Part shown: one piece after another, positions 31,751 to 42,383 of the stretch | How positions within the stretch are numbered: position 1 is the first letter of the stretch | Layout: every line of letters starts with the position of its first letter | Origin: Pelagomonas calceolata | Lineage: Eukaryota | Length of the DNA stretch: 64,000 nucleotides | Assembly (NCBI GenBank): GCA_918797485.1 | Contig: CAKKNE010000004.1 | Span: 3,844,001 to 3,908,000, forward strand | Reading direction: 5' to 3' | Position numbers and translations under genes: made by a program | The notes under the pieces: model-generated | Seen by the model: the letters and a program-made list of their open reading frames with translations, nothing else | The model's database searches: none | Told to the model about the DNA's origin: nothing

Positions 31751-31836
31751 TTTTGTAGAGAACTTTAAGCTTGTGTAGTGCGCTCTTCCCCTAGCTCCGC
31801 CGCGTAGTTGATTTTTGTCGTAAAAGGGATTGGCTA

Positions 31837-31860
31837 GCTAGCGCCATGTAAGGCACTAGG
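31837..31860 (-). promoter_or_regulatory. Bipartite CTAG intergenic motif
   Basis: Reverse complement CCTAGTGCCTTACATGGCGCTAGC between divergent genes. Confidence 0.7.
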
Positions 31861-31943
31861 CAAGCGCATTGCCAAGCCTTGTTTGCAGCTCAAAGTTGTG
31901 TACGAGTCGTCTCTCTTGCCCACCACACGAAACCGCTGCAACA

Positions 31944-32579
31944 ATGCAGCGCTTCGGCCGCTTCCTGCGTTTATTTGACGGCAAGCCCGACGCTCTCCCA
32001 CCAATTAAACCCATCTTTACCTTTGACGGCAGCAGCACAGCCTACAGCGCAAGTGTGCACACGGATCGCGAGTGGGGCGGGCGGAGCCGAGCGACGTTCC
32101 GCGTGGGAAACGCGGGCGCGTCGGGCAGCGGCGTCTGCGGCGTCTTCGAGGGCTTCATCGACAAGACGCCGTCGGTGGTACCTAATGAGGAGGGCGTCAC
32201 GGGCCGCCACGGCTTCGCCATGCTGCAGTTACACACTAATGAGGACGAGGTCGGCTGCGAGGAGTACGACGCGCTCGCGCTCCGCGCCTCGGGCGACGGG
32301 CGGCTGTATTCCGTGTCGCTGCGCAACGCCGTGCCGCTGGCGCCGAACATCGCGTACCAGGGCTTCCTGGCGCGCGAGCGGCGGGGCTGGCGGACTTATG
32401 AATTACCCTTCACGTCCTTCGCGGCGACGCGCGGAGGGCGGCTGCTCGGCCAGCCGCGGGTTTTGGACGTGGCGCGGTTCTCGTCGCTCTCCATCGCCGT
32501 CGCGGACGATTTGGAGGGGCCCTTCCGGCTCGAGATCCGGGGCGTCGAGGCGCTGCGCGAGGACGACGGGCTCGGGTAA
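31944..32579 (+). CDS. Complex I assembly factor CIA30/NDUFAF1-like
   Basis: DREWGGRS, GFA, LRASGDGRLY, LPFTSF...GPFRLEI. Confidence 0.82.
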   Translation: MQRFGRFLRLFDGKPDALPPIKPIFTFDGSSTAYSASVHTDREWGGRSRATFRVGNAGASGSGVCGVFEGFIDKTPSVVPNEEGVTGRHGFAMLQLHTNEDEVGCEEYDALALRASGDGRLYSVSLRNAVPLAPNIAYQGFLARERRGWRTYELPFTSFAATRGGRLLGQPRVLDVARFSSLSIAVADDLEGPFRLEIRGVEALREDDGLG

Positions 32580-32642
32580 GTGCTGTTGTTGTGACGTGTC
32601 GCGTCGACGCCGTCGGGGCGGGAGAACACCAGAACAAATTAC

Positions 32643-33839
32643 TCAGCTGGGGGCGAGCGCGCGCAGGATGCGCTCGACCTGTGCCGACCGGTCGTCCGCG
32701 TGCGCATCGACTCGATGGATCCGCCCCGATACCGCCTCGATTCTCTCAAGCCCGTGCTCCTTCCAGCGCGCCGAGACGTAATCGCCCCAATAAGCTGCGT
32801 ACTCGTCCGCGGTCACGCCCCGGTCCTGATACGACTTCTTGCCGAGGTGGCCCGACCGTGTCCACTTCCGTCGCCAGAGCACCTCCTGCTTGGCGGGGTC
32901 GTCGTATCCGTCGTCCAGTAGAATCAAGGTGGAACAGCGATCGCGCACGCGTTCGGCGCCAGCGCCTAGCAGGAGGAGCCCCTCGACAACAACAACGCCG
33001 CCGCCGCCGGCGTCGACGACCGCCTCGACCGCCGCGTCGACGGCGTCCGCGCACGCGGCCCAATCCACCGAGTCCGGATGATTTAGGTCCGCGTTGCCGC
33101 GCACCTGGAAAGCGTCAGGCACGCCCGCTGGCCACCGGATGTCCGCGGCGAGGTCAAAACGCGGGCACGCATCGCGCGGCAGGTAAAAGTCGTCGGCCGC
33201 GATGACGGCCGCCGCGGGGAGCTCTGCGCACAGGGTAGACTTTCCCGAAGCCGAGCAGCCCACGAGCCCTAGAACCGGAACGCAGTACTCCTCCGGCCGT
33301 CTCAACGCGGCGACGAAGCGATCGACGCCTTCTGCGAGGCTCTTGTCGTTCGTGATACGCACCACCGGCCAAAAGCGCGCGTCGGGCGGCGCGTAGGCCG
33401 TGGCGCGTTGCAAGCGCGCCTCGGCGTCGTCGCCGTCGCGGGCGCGCGCTGTCAGTCGCTCGCGCAGCGCTTCGCGCGACGCCGTCACGAGCAACACGTA
33501 GACGTCGGCGCGGTCCGCGTATTTGTCGCGCGCTTCCGCAAAGGTCCCCCGCGACACGTTCAGGACGATCGTGCGGCCCGCGGCGAGTACTTCCTCGAGC
33601 GCCTTCGCCGGGATGCCGTAGTCGGTCGTGCCGTGCGCGCTCCAGCGCAGCGCGTACTCTCCGGTCGCGAACTCGTCGGACGACACGGACCTTTCGAGTG
33701 CCGAGCACTGGTCCGCGGCGCGAGTGACGTCGCGGACCACGAATGCGACGTCCGCGGCCTTCTCGCGGGCGCCGGCGAGCAGCGCGTCCTTGCCCGCACC
33801 GCTCGGCCCGCCAACAAGAAAAATCTTGGGACGAGGCAT
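32643..33839 (-). CDS. Fusion of PhnN (ribose 1,5-bisphosphokinase)-like and NRK/uridine-kinase-like domains
   Basis: Domain 1: GPSGAGKD, RDVTR, YALRWSAHG..YGIP, LNVSR, LRERLTARAR. Domain 2: GCSASGKSTL, DDFY, NHPDSVDW, VVVEGLLL. Confidence 0.82.
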   Translation of the reverse strand: MPRPKIFLVGGPSGAGKDALLAGAREKAADVAFVVRDVTRAADQCSALERSVSSDEFATGEYALRWSAHGTTDYGIPAKALEEVLAAGRTIVLNVSRGTFAEARDKYADRADVYVLLVTASREALRERLTARARDGDDAEARLQRATAYAPPDARFWPVVRITNDKSLAEGVDRFVAALRRPEEYCVPVLGLVGCSASGKSTLCAELPAAAVIAADDFYLPRDACPRFDLAADIRWPAGVPDAFQVRGNADLNHPDSVDWAACADAVDAAVEAVVDAGGGGVVVVEGLLLLGAGAERVRDRCSTLILLDDGYDDPAKQEVLWRRKWTRSGHLGKKSYQDRGVTADEYAAYWGDYVSARWKEHGLERIEAVSGRIHRVDAHADDRSAQVERILRALAPS

Positions 33840-34232
33840 GCGTGGCGGCGCCAACGCTGCCGCGCCGCAGGCGAGCGCAACGACGAGCAGTGCGCGAGTC
33901 GTTGTCCCTATTGCAGTGTGCAGCGGCAGTGTATGGCTTGAGCGGCGCGAACGCGCGACGCAAGAGTGCTCAAGCGTTGCATACGGCGAACTATCGGTGT
34001 GGCGGTACTATACGCGAGCTATGCCCAGCCCTAGCGCTACTGCGCGCGCACCAGCCCTCTGCTCTCCCTCATCTCCCTCCTGCGGAGAGCAGCGTCGACT
34101 CAGTGGCCTCGCCCGCGGCGCGTCGTGGGCTATAGCTCTAACTTTGCGTCTCAAGCGTTGCGCAACGACTGCGCCACGCACGAGTGCGCGAGCAAACCAC
34201 TGTCAAGAGCTGCACGCCGTAGATCAAAAGGA

Positions 34233-35135
34233 ATGCAGCGAGAGCTCCTTTCAGCGGCCGTCTACATCTCCTCCGGCGCCGCGAGCGTCGCGACCCAGGC
34301 CGCGCGCGCGGCGGCGCGGGCCACCACCCGCGCGTGCGTCGTCGACACGTTCGCGGACCCCGCTTACGCGCGGTCGTCGGTCAAGATCGTCGGTCCGAAA
34401 GACGACCTGCTGGAGGCCACGCTGGCCGCCGCGCGCGACGCCCTCGACCGCGTCGACTTGAGGGAGGAGCCCGCGCCGGCGCCGCACCCGCGCCAGGGTG
34501 CTGTGGATATGGTCTCGTTCATGCCTTTGACGGAGCGGCGCGACGACGACCTGTTGGAGGCCTGCGACGCGCTGGCCTGGCGGTTCGGCGAGGCGTTTGA
34601 AGGTGTGCCCATTCTCATGTACGGCCCGCGGGCCGGAAGGTCGCTCGTCGAGGCGCGGCGGGGCACGTCCTTCTTCGCCTCAACCAAAACGGAGGGTCCG
34701 CCGTCCCTGACCCTGGCGCCCGACTTCGGGCCCTCTGACGTATCTCCGTCGAAAGGCGCCGCGGTCGTCGGCGCGCAGCCCTACGTGACGAACTACAACG
34801 TGGCCATTGACGGCTCGTTGGAGGCCGGGCGAGCGGCGGCGGCGGCGGTGCGCGCGCGCTTCGGCGTCCAGGTCATGGCGCTGCCGCACGCGGAGGGTTT
34901 GGTCGAGGTGGGGTGCAACCTCCAGGCCGGCGGCGCCCGCGACAGCCCGGCCGTCGGCGACGTCCGGGCGTGCATCGAGGCGAGCCTGCCGCCGTCCTGC
35001 AGCGTGCGGAAGGCCTACGTCATAGGCCTCGCGCCAAACGACGCGCTTGCACGCGCCGTCGACGCTCTTTCTCGCGATGTTTCGGAGCGGTCGACGTTTC
35101 CGCGGGTCCACGAGGCGTGCGGGGGGCCGCCCTAG
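34233..35135 (+). CDS. Glutamate formiminotransferase domain protein (FTCD N-terminal-like)
   Basis: DPAYARSS, PHPRQGAVDMVSFMPL, PDFGP, VGAQPYVTNYNV, VEVGCNL. Confidence 0.82.
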   Translation: MQRELLSAAVYISSGAASVATQAARAAARATTRACVVDTFADPAYARSSVKIVGPKDDLLEATLAAARDALDRVDLREEPAPAPHPRQGAVDMVSFMPLTERRDDDLLEACDALAWRFGEAFEGVPILMYGPRAGRSLVEARRGTSFFASTKTEGPPSLTLAPDFGPSDVSPSKGAAVVGAQPYVTNYNVAIDGSLEAGRAAAAAVRARFGVQVMALPHAEGLVEVGCNLQAGGARDSPAVGDVRACIEASLPPSCSVRKAYVIGLAPNDALARAVDALSRDVSERSTFPRVHEACGGPP

Positions 35136-35213
35136 TCGTTAATTGTTGCTGTTGTTTTATAGCCGCGCCCGGCATTTTCGCTCCACGAGTGTCGATGAAG
35201 CCCGTGCGTGTAA

Positions 35214-35231
35214 TGTTACGGTGCTAGGACT
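35214..35231 (+). other. Post-stop junction motif TGTTACGGTGCTAGGACT
   Basis: Exact 18-mer also at 37529..37546, with a 17-mer on the minus strand at 56159..56175. Confidence 0.65.
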
Positions 35232-35484
35232 AGATGAAGCCGCTAAAAAAACCGGTTTAGTGTTGAGACACACTAGCTCGATCAAAATTTTGGACAGTCG
35301 AGGCGTAGCTAGTGCTGCTTAAGGCTGCATTGCTGCAAGTGCCACCCACGCGAGCGCTACGCATACATACATACGCAGCAAATCGCGCTCCAACCCAGGA
35401 CGCTGCGGCTGTTTGCATTGCGATAGCTATATCAGGCCTAATCAGGCTGCCCGGCACGGCGTCGAGGATCGTGCGCAACCAAAA

Positions 35485-37494
35485 ATGTCGGACTCGCTCC
35501 TGCGCCAGACGGCGCGCGCGCGGCCGCGCAAGGTGCCGCGGCGGCTCCGGCACGACGGCACTTATGCGCGGGCGACGAACACGTACAACCTCTTCCTGGT
35601 CATGACGGTCATCGCCGTCGCCTTCTTTTTCCTCCTTGCCAGCACGCTCCACGGCAGCGGCCTCGAGGCGGCCGAGCGCGGCGACTTCTCCCGCGGCGGG
35701 GGGGACCACGGCCTGCACGCGCTGCGCCGGAATCGCGCGCACGTGCCCCACGTGCCCCACGTGCCCCACGTGCCACACGTGCCCCACATTCCCGCCGCGC
35801 CGGAGCCGGCGCCGCCGCCCCGGCGGCCCGTCGACGACGCGCCGGTGCCGCCGCCGAAGCTTGATGTGTGGGAGGACCCCGTCCTGCGGAAGGACGACGC
35901 CGCCATCGCGGCCGAGCTCGCGCGGCCCGACGACGCCGAGGCCGCGGCGTCGAAGCGGCGCGCCCTCGCCGTCGACGCGCGGAAAGCGGTAGAGGCCGAG
36001 ATGAAGGCGAGCGCGGGGCCCCTCAAGGCCATCCCCGCGGACAGCCCCTACAAGCCCTGGGCGCTCGACGCGAAGAACCAGCGCTGGCGGCTCCAGGCGA
36101 TGCACCCCGGCGAGAACCCGAGCGCCGCCCCGGCCGACGCCTGGATCTCAAAAGCGGAAGAGGCACGTAAAAAAATCAATGGCAAGCCGCCCCTCCCACG
36201 AAAGGAACCGCCCGTAAATCAGGACGGCACGCGCACGTATCAGATAGCGGGCATGCGGCGGGATTTACCTTATGGTGAGCCCGCTTCGACGATCTTCATC
36301 GTGACGGCGTCCTACCGCGACCCGGAAGTAGCCTCCACGATCGCGCGGGCCTTCATGCGCGCGGCGCACCCGGAGCGGATCGTGGTAGGCGTCCATGCAC
36401 AAAACGCCGAAGGTACTAACGAGCCCGAGCGCGACCCTATTGCGGGTCTCGAGCAGGCCGGCGTCAAGTGCCCGGACCACCCCGTCTGCGACGCCGTGTT
36501 AGATGGGAGGGTCCGGGTGTCGCGGCAGCTTTGGAGTCGGGCGGAAGGGCCGACCGTCGCGCGGCACTACGCGGAGAGGCACTACCAGAACGAGACCTAT
36601 GTGATGGGCGTCGACAGCCACTGCCACTTCGTGCGAGGCTGGGACAATGTTCAAATAGACATGTTTAGGAGGATAGGAAATGATCACGCGATCATCACCG
36701 CGTATCCGGCGAGTTACGGACCCGCGAACCAGGGCGGCGACGGGTCCGAGCCCTTCGAGCCGCCGACCGAGGTTCCTTCGATAGGCTGCATACGACGCAC
36801 GAGGCGCGTGAACGTGCACAACACGATTTCATTTAAACATGACATGTCCACGTGCTCTACGCCCAGCGAACCAAAGCGCGTCGCGTTCTTCGCGGCGGGG
36901 TTCTCGTTTGCGCGGGGCCATCGGGTATTACGGGTGCCCTACGACTGGCACACGCCCTACATTTTTGATGGGGAAGAAATTAGTTTGGGCGTCCGGGCGT
37001 GGACGTGGGGCTACGACCTCTACCAGCCGGACCGGAACATCATCGGGCATTTGTATATTCCCGCTGGGTCACCATTGCGCCCGGTCTTCTGGACGACGGA
37101 CTGGGGCAAGCGCTGGCCGTGCCAGTACCGGTCGTTGCTGCGCATCCAGGAGCAGCTCGATTTACATAAAGTGCTGACGCCGCGCGAGTCGCTGGGCCCG
37201 GTAGATCGCGACGACTGGGCCCAGTACGCGGCCGGGCCGCGGCGGTCGCCTTCATCGTTTTTCGAGTGGGCGAAAGTGCCTGTTGTGAATGAGTGGGGCG
37301 ACAAGTGCCAAGGGCCCAACGGTCGGACGGGGCGCCAGTTCTGCTACACGGCGGACCTGGGCCCGGACTTCGCGCGCGCCGGCGGCATGCCCTACGTGCC
37401 GTGGCGCGCGGGCACGGACGGCGCGTGGCCGCCGCTCGTCAGGTCGGCGCGGTACCCGCCGCCGGCCGCGGAGCACTGGCACGGACCAGCTTAA
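35485..37494 (+). CDS. GT60-like polypeptide GlcNAc-transferase, type II membrane
   Basis: IFIVTASYRDPE, GPTVARH, VDSHCHFVRGWD, FFAAGFSF, VPYD...IFDGEE, WTWGYDLY. Confidence 0.85.
   Translation: MSDSLLRQTARARPRKVPRRLRHDGTYARATNTYNLFLVMTVIAVAFFFLLASTLHGSGLEAAERGDFSRGGGDHGLHALRRNRAHVPHVPHVPHVPHVPHIPAAPEPAPPPRRPVDDAPVPPPKLDVWEDPVLRKDDAAIAAELARPDDAEAAASKRRALAVDARKAVEAEMKASAGPLKAIPADSPYKPWALDAKNQRWRLQAMHPGENPSAAPADAWISKAEEARKKINGKPPLPRKEPPVNQDGTRTYQIAGMRRDLPYGEPASTIFIVTASYRDPEVASTIARAFMRAAHPERIVVGVHAQNAEGTNEPERDPIAGLEQAGVKCPDHPVCDAVLDGRVRVSRQLWSRAEGPTVARHYAERHYQNETYVMGVDSHCHFVRGWDNVQIDMFRRIGNDHAIITAYPASYGPANQGGDGSEPFEPPTEVPSIGCIRRTRRVNVHNTISFKHDMSTCSTPSEPKRVAFFAAGFSFARGHRVLRVPYDWHTPYIFDGEEISLGVRAWTWGYDLYQPDRNIIGHLYIPAGSPLRPVFWTTDWGKRWPCQYRSLLRIQEQLDLHKVLTPRESLGPVDRDDWAQYAAGPRRSPSSFFEWAKVPVVNEWGDKCQGPNGRTGRQFCYTADLGPDFARAGGMPYVPWRAGTDGAWPPLVRSARYPPPAAEHWHGPA
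35740..35793 (+). repeat. Coding 9-bp tandem repeat, (HVP)5-HIP
   Basis: CACGTGCCC x6 with minor variants. Confidence 0.9.
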
Positions 37495-37528
37495 GTGTTT
37501 TTGTGATTCTCCCGACGACCCGTCGTGT

Positions 37529-37546
37529 TGTTACGGTGCTAGGACT
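37529..37546 (+). other. Post-stop junction motif TGTTACGGTGCTAGGACT
   Basis: 35 bp after the GT60 stop codon. Confidence 0.65.
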
Positions 37547-37565
37547 GGTCGCAGAGTTTGCGGCA

Positions 37566-37588
37566 GCTAGCGTAATCGACGTACTAGC
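37566..37588 (-). promoter_or_regulatory. Bipartite CTAG intergenic motif (variant core)
   Basis: Reverse complement GCTAGTACGTCGATTACGCTAGC, with the same ends and spacing as the other copies. Confidence 0.55.
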
Positions 37589-37703
37589 CCAGGACCAGTG
37601 GGCAAAAATAGCTGCTTTGTCGCGGCTTATCGGTAGACACGTTGTAAGCTCTCGTCTACTGCGCATCGCTTGCCGCCGCGCTGCATAATAGTGCCTCAGA
37701 GGG

Positions 37704-37901
37704 ATGTCTAATTTGAGTGCGGCGGGAGCCCTCACGGCGTTTGGCAGCGGCATCATGCTTGGCTTCGGCTGGGCGCTTCTCAACAACGACCGGTTCCAGG
37801 ACGCAAAGGACGTCGCGCGCACGACGATCGGCGGCGGCTTTTTCGTCGCTGGTCTGTACGTCTGGGCGCCAGCGGGCATAAGGCGCGTGTGGCTAGAATG
37901 A
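37704..37901 (+). CDS. Small 65-aa two-TM membrane protein (putative)
   Basis: ATG ORF with two hydrophobic segments. Its stop overlaps the next ATG. Confidence 0.5.
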   Translation: MSNLSAAGALTAFGSGIMLGFGWALLNNDRFQDAKDVARTTIGGGFFVAGLYVWAPAGIRRVWLE

Positions 37902-38872
37902 TGCGCCGGCTCTTAGTCACGCTGCTGCTGGCGCTGAGCTCAGCGGATGACGCGTGCGCCGTCGATCCCTGGATCAAGCCCGGCCGCTCCGGGGAACGAG
38001 TGCCATCACGTCTATTCGCGCCTTACGTCGCGCCACAACCTGCAAAGAGCGCTGCGAAAACGTCCATCGTCTTCGTCCACATCTCCAAGAGCGCCGGCTC
38101 GACGATGAAGAAAGCGCTCGCGGACGCCGCGCGCCGAACGAACCGCCGGCCGCCGATCACGCTATTTCGGCGGACCTGGCCGCGGTTCCTGGCCGCCTGC
38201 GCCAAGGGCCGCGCCGCGTGCCGCGCGGACTTGTACGCCGGGACAAATGCGTTTGGGGCCTGCGAATACGTCGAGGCGGCGGCGCGACGACGCGGCGAGG
38301 ACCGGCGGTGCGTCTACGCGACGGTTCTGCGGAACCCCATCGACCGCGTGGAATCATCGTGGCGGTACTTCTGTCTCAACGGAGCGGAGCGCCGCAAGGG
38401 CTGGACGAACGCCATGAAACGAGCCGGTAGGTGCTCCTATTCGCTCGAACGGTGGGCGCAGACGCAGTCGATGCTGAGCGTCCTCGAGCTGTCCACGAAC
38501 CAAGCACCCGTGGCGCGCGACGCGCCCGCCAACCAGTCTCTAAAGTGCGCGCCGCTCGCGGATGGCCCCGCCGCCGTCCGGCGGCGGCCCCAAGCGTACC
38601 TCGAGGCGGCCCTGGCCAACGTCGTCGGGCCTGACGCGCCGTTCCGCGCCGTCGTCGTCGAGGACCTGGCGGACGGCCTGCGCCTCCTCGCGCACGAGCT
38701 CGATTTGCCCCTCTCCGCGACGCACGCCTCGAGCGTCGAGAACGCCGGCGCCGGCGCGCGCGCTGGCGCCGTCGAGCGAGCCGCGGCGGCGGGCGCACTC
38801 GCGCTCGAGGTCAAGCTCTACGAGCGCGTGCGCGTGGAGGCGTTGCGGCGAGCGTCGGCTCTGGGGCTCTGA
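37898..38872 (+). CDS. Sulfotransferase-family protein with signal peptide
   Basis: IVFVHISKSAGSTM and YATVLRNPIDRVESSWRY. Confidence 0.8.
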   Translation: MMRRLLVTLLLALSSADDACAVDPWIKPGRSGERVPSRLFAPYVAPQPAKSAAKTSIVFVHISKSAGSTMKKALADAARRTNRRPPITLFRRTWPRFLAACAKGRAACRADLYAGTNAFGACEYVEAAARRRGEDRRCVYATVLRNPIDRVESSWRYFCLNGAERRKGWTNAMKRAGRCSYSLERWAQTQSMLSVLELSTNQAPVARDAPANQSLKCAPLADGPAAVRRRPQAYLEAALANVVGPDAPFRAVVVEDLADGLRLLAHELDLPLSATHASSVENAGAGARAGAVERAAAAGALALEVKLYERVRVEALRRASALGL

Positions 38873-38996
38873 CGAGGGCGTCGCCGGCCCACCTAGCCCG
38901 CCCGGACTAAGAATCATTGTTGTGAAACGATTCAAACGAACGAGAACGAGCGTCGGCCAGGTGTCACGGTTCGGTCCGAGTCACGCAGGCCTCGCG

Positions 38997-39140
38997 TCGG
39001 CGCAAGTGTCGGCTAGGTTGCCTCGCGCACCCTGCACGCCATCGACGCGATGCCTGCTCGACGGCGTGGCGGTGCGGTTCTCTGAGTCTGACCGTGCGAC
39101 GAGTCCGAGTCACCCCGCTCACTGGTTGATTCACGCACAG
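38997..39140 (+). mobile_element. Introner element in non-coding 3' region
   Basis: TSD GCCTCGCG (38989-38996) / GCATCGCG (39141-39148). Core CACGCCATCGACGCGATGCCTGCTCGACGGCGTGG. Right end CTCACTGGTTGATTCACGCACAG. Confidence 0.8.
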
Positions 39141-39278
39141 GCATCGCGCGGTACCCCCGCTAGCAAGCAAAGCAAAGCACGCGAGAGAGAGTATGGTGCT
39201 ACTTAGAAATTCGGGACGCGCACGCTCGCGTCGCGGGGCGCGGGGGCGGACTTGGGGCCACCGCGCGCGGGCTCGGAC

Positions 39279-41541
39279 TCACTCGTTCGTGGAGAAGTAG
39301 TGCTTGTACTCGCCGATCATGCCGGTCGTAAACTTGCTTCCGTCCGCGAAATTGTCCCTGTCGTCCGCGCAGCTGGAGCCCGTGACCTGCTTCATGAAGC
39401 CCGAGGCGCACGCGCTCACGATCTCGGCGCGGACGTCGTTGCACTGCTGGAAGGGGTTCTTCATGTTGTCGTAGACCGACGCCGGGTCCTTGGACTTCAG
39501 CCGGTACTGGTACGAGTTCTTGTCGTCCTCGAGCACGCGGTGGCAGTCGAAGACGTGGTAGTACTTGTAGGAGCGCTCGATGTCGCAGTCGAACATCTGG
39601 AAACAGCACGGGATCTTGTTCTTGTCGCCGTAGCCCCACATGCTCAGCGGCGCCGGCGGGTCCTTGACGACGTACCAGATCACGCCTAACACGACGAAGA
39701 ACGCGAAGCAGAAGCGGCAGAACCAGCGCATGTACACCTCCCACTCCTCGATCTCAAAATTCGTCATGAAGCCCACGCCCATGAGGAAGCCCGCGAGCGC
39801 GCCGCCGGCGTGCGCCGCGAACGACTTGCCCGCCGTGTTGAGGCACCACCACGCGACCACTTCCGAGCCGAAGAGCATGCCAAACACGAGCACGCGCATC
39901 TCGCGCGGCACCGCCGAGTGCTTCATGTCGTTCCAGTTCAGCATCATGTGGGCCACGTGGATGCCGAACAGGCAGTAGACGCCCCCCGAGCACCCCACGA
40001 CCGCGATGTACGGATCCGACAGCGCGCACGCGAGCGCGCCCATGATCACGCCCACCTCGTAGATGAAGAAGACGATGGCGCCATGCACGAGCTCGATGGG
40101 AATGCCGAAGATGAGCTGCAGCACAATATTAAAAATGATGTGCTCCAGCCCGGAGTGCACGAGCTGATAACTTAGTGTCATGTACCAGAACTGGCGTCTA
40201 TCATTACAATAGGGCCAGTTCCGCACGGTCTTGAACCAGAGGTACTGCGGCCCGGCGACCGGCGTCGTGGCCGTGATCTCCTGGTTGTTGGCCTCGGCCA
40301 TCTTCGGCGCCCAATACGCGAAGCAGATGACCTGGCAGAGGCTCACCAAGATCATGAGGAACGGGAAGTTGTCCGTCGACGACACGGCCTCTTCCACGCA
40401 GAGGTGCTCCCGGTGGACCTTCTCGATGACCGTGGCGTCGGGCAGGCCCTTGACCGACGGATTCAGGTGCGGCCCATCCGTCTGGTGGTAGGGGCCCGAC
40501 TTGTAGTCCACGGTGTACAAATTCGTGGCCTTGTCGTAGGCGCTGACGACGCCGATGACGTACTGGCCCTCGTGCCAGGCCCGCGTCGGGAAGCGCATGT
40601 AGCCGCGGGGGATCTTGACGCGGAACGGGTAGTCGCGCACGGGGCGCCCCTGCGCGTCGACCTTGTGGGGGTCGAAGACCGCGTGGGCCGGTTCGATGGA
40701 GTGCGCGTAGGCCACCTCGACCGTCGCGCCGACGACGATCCTCGAACCCGAGCCGTGCGAGCCGTGCTTCGTCTCCGCATATAGTAAATGGGCATTGTGC
40801 AGCGCCGCCGTCGCCTTGGCCATGCCCGACGCGTCCTTGCGCTTCCCCTGGCGCGGGTTGTGGCCCTTGTGGCCCTCCTGCATGTGGTGCTTCCTCGCGA
40901 GCTCGAAGCCGCGCACCGCCAGGTGGTGGCCCGGCGCCGAGTTGCAGGTCAGGTCCAGGGACCAGCCGTCCTCTAAGATCAGCGAGAAGGTCAGGTCCAC
41001 GTCGGCGGCTTTCGCGCCGGACGGCATCGGCGACTTCGCGAGCGTCGCCGTCGGGTGGACCGTCTTGCCGATCGTGGCCCTACTATAGGTCCGCACCTCC
41101 TTGAGCTCCTCCCAGGTGAAGGACGTGCGCGCCTTCGAGCAGCAGAGGCCGTCCCAGGCCACGCCGTCGTCGCCGGCTTCCCCCGACCCGCGGATGCAAA
41201 TCTTGTCTTCCCGCCCGTTCTCGAGGTGGCGCCGGATCGGAATGCCGTCGTGCAGATGCTTCATGAAGCCCGCGAGCTCGAGCATCTTGCCCTTCGTGTA
41301 CTCGTGCGCGTGCGCCGTGTCGACGCGGTTCGCGGCGTTGTGCTGGAGGTCGGTCACGGGCTTCTTCTGCGTCGGTGTGGGGTATTTTTGTGGGGAAGGG
41401 GGATGCGGCGTACGGGTGGCGGTGGCGCGGCGCGATTGAGGCTGCCCCCTGGACATAGCGCGCGGGGGCGGGAGAAACGGGGGCGCTGCGGCGCACGTCC
41501 TCCTCGGCCTGCGGCGCCTCCTCGTCGAGTTCCTTCTCCAT
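39279..41541 (-). CDS. Rhomboid protease with large N-terminal region including a PH-like domain
   Basis: Exons 41497..41541 and 39279..41366 (GT-AG intron 41367..41496). YQLVHSGLEHIIFN, catalytic GCSGG and AHAGG. Confidence 0.85.
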
Positions 41542-41815
41542 TTTTGCGCGTGCTGCGCTGCGCGCGCCCTCCCGCCGGGCAGATGCGCCGCCTTCTCGCG
41601 AGTGGAACAGGGCCGGGAGCTGCCTGGGAAAGCTACTAGGATTTGGTGGGGCATGGCTGCCCCGAGAGTGGTACACGGACGGCTCCGACGGGGATGCCTG
41701 CCAACCTTCCACCAATGTCGACGGGGCCCTTCGTGCGGGATTCAAGACAAAAAGCGCCCGCCGGCACAGCCCAAATAGCGTGGCTGCGCGGCGCCGGCGA
41801 GCGGGCAGCCCCGCC

Positions 41816-42383
41816 ATGCCGTCCCTCGAGGACGACGAGGACGCCAAGGCCGTGAAGCAGGACGACGGCGACATCCCGCCCATCGTCCAGAAGGTATGTG
41901 TATTTATATGTAGGCAGCCCTCATGATAACGTATAGGCCATCACCTACTGCTGGTCGAACGGCTTCTTGGACGTATTTAGGAAGTACTTCCGGGACAACG
42001 CCGAGCCCTTCATTGGGTACCCGCCGAAAAGGGACATGGAAAGCGCCGAGCACACGCTCGAACATTGGGACCTCTTCCAGACCTACCTCAAGCTGTACGA
42101 AGATACGCTGAACGAATGGTTGGAACGGGAAGGCGTAGAAAACGCCCAGTTTTATAAAGATGTCCAGCACGTCCAGGACACGACGACCGACCCAAAAGTA
42201 CAAGAATTCGTCTACTGCCTTCTTGCCAGTTGCGACTACGACTCCTTCTACAGCGTCATGGTGAGGGAGGCCATGAAGCTCGGCGCGTCGTCCAAGCCCA
42301 TCTTGCGGGCACCGGAGACGGCCGAGGCGAAGAACGCGGACGACGATGGTTCAGGTGCCAAGGGCGACAAGGGGTCCAAGTAG
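41816..42383 (+). CDS. BART-domain protein (ARL2BP/CFAP36-like)
   Basis: Exons 41816..41893 and 41937..42383 (43-bp AT-rich GTATGT..TAG intron). EHTLEHWDLFQTYLKLYE...DYDSFYSVM. Confidence 0.85.

Noticed and set aside
34029..34056. Weak CTAG-motif-like words at 34030, 49670 and 54122; none found at 18580-19020 or 41545-41815
   Set aside because: Too degenerate to call by eye. They show the motif is not present in every divergent spacer.
32643..35135. Bacterial phn/hut operon fragment or contaminant
   Set aside because: The genes are divergent, no other pathway genes are present, and composition and flanks match the host.
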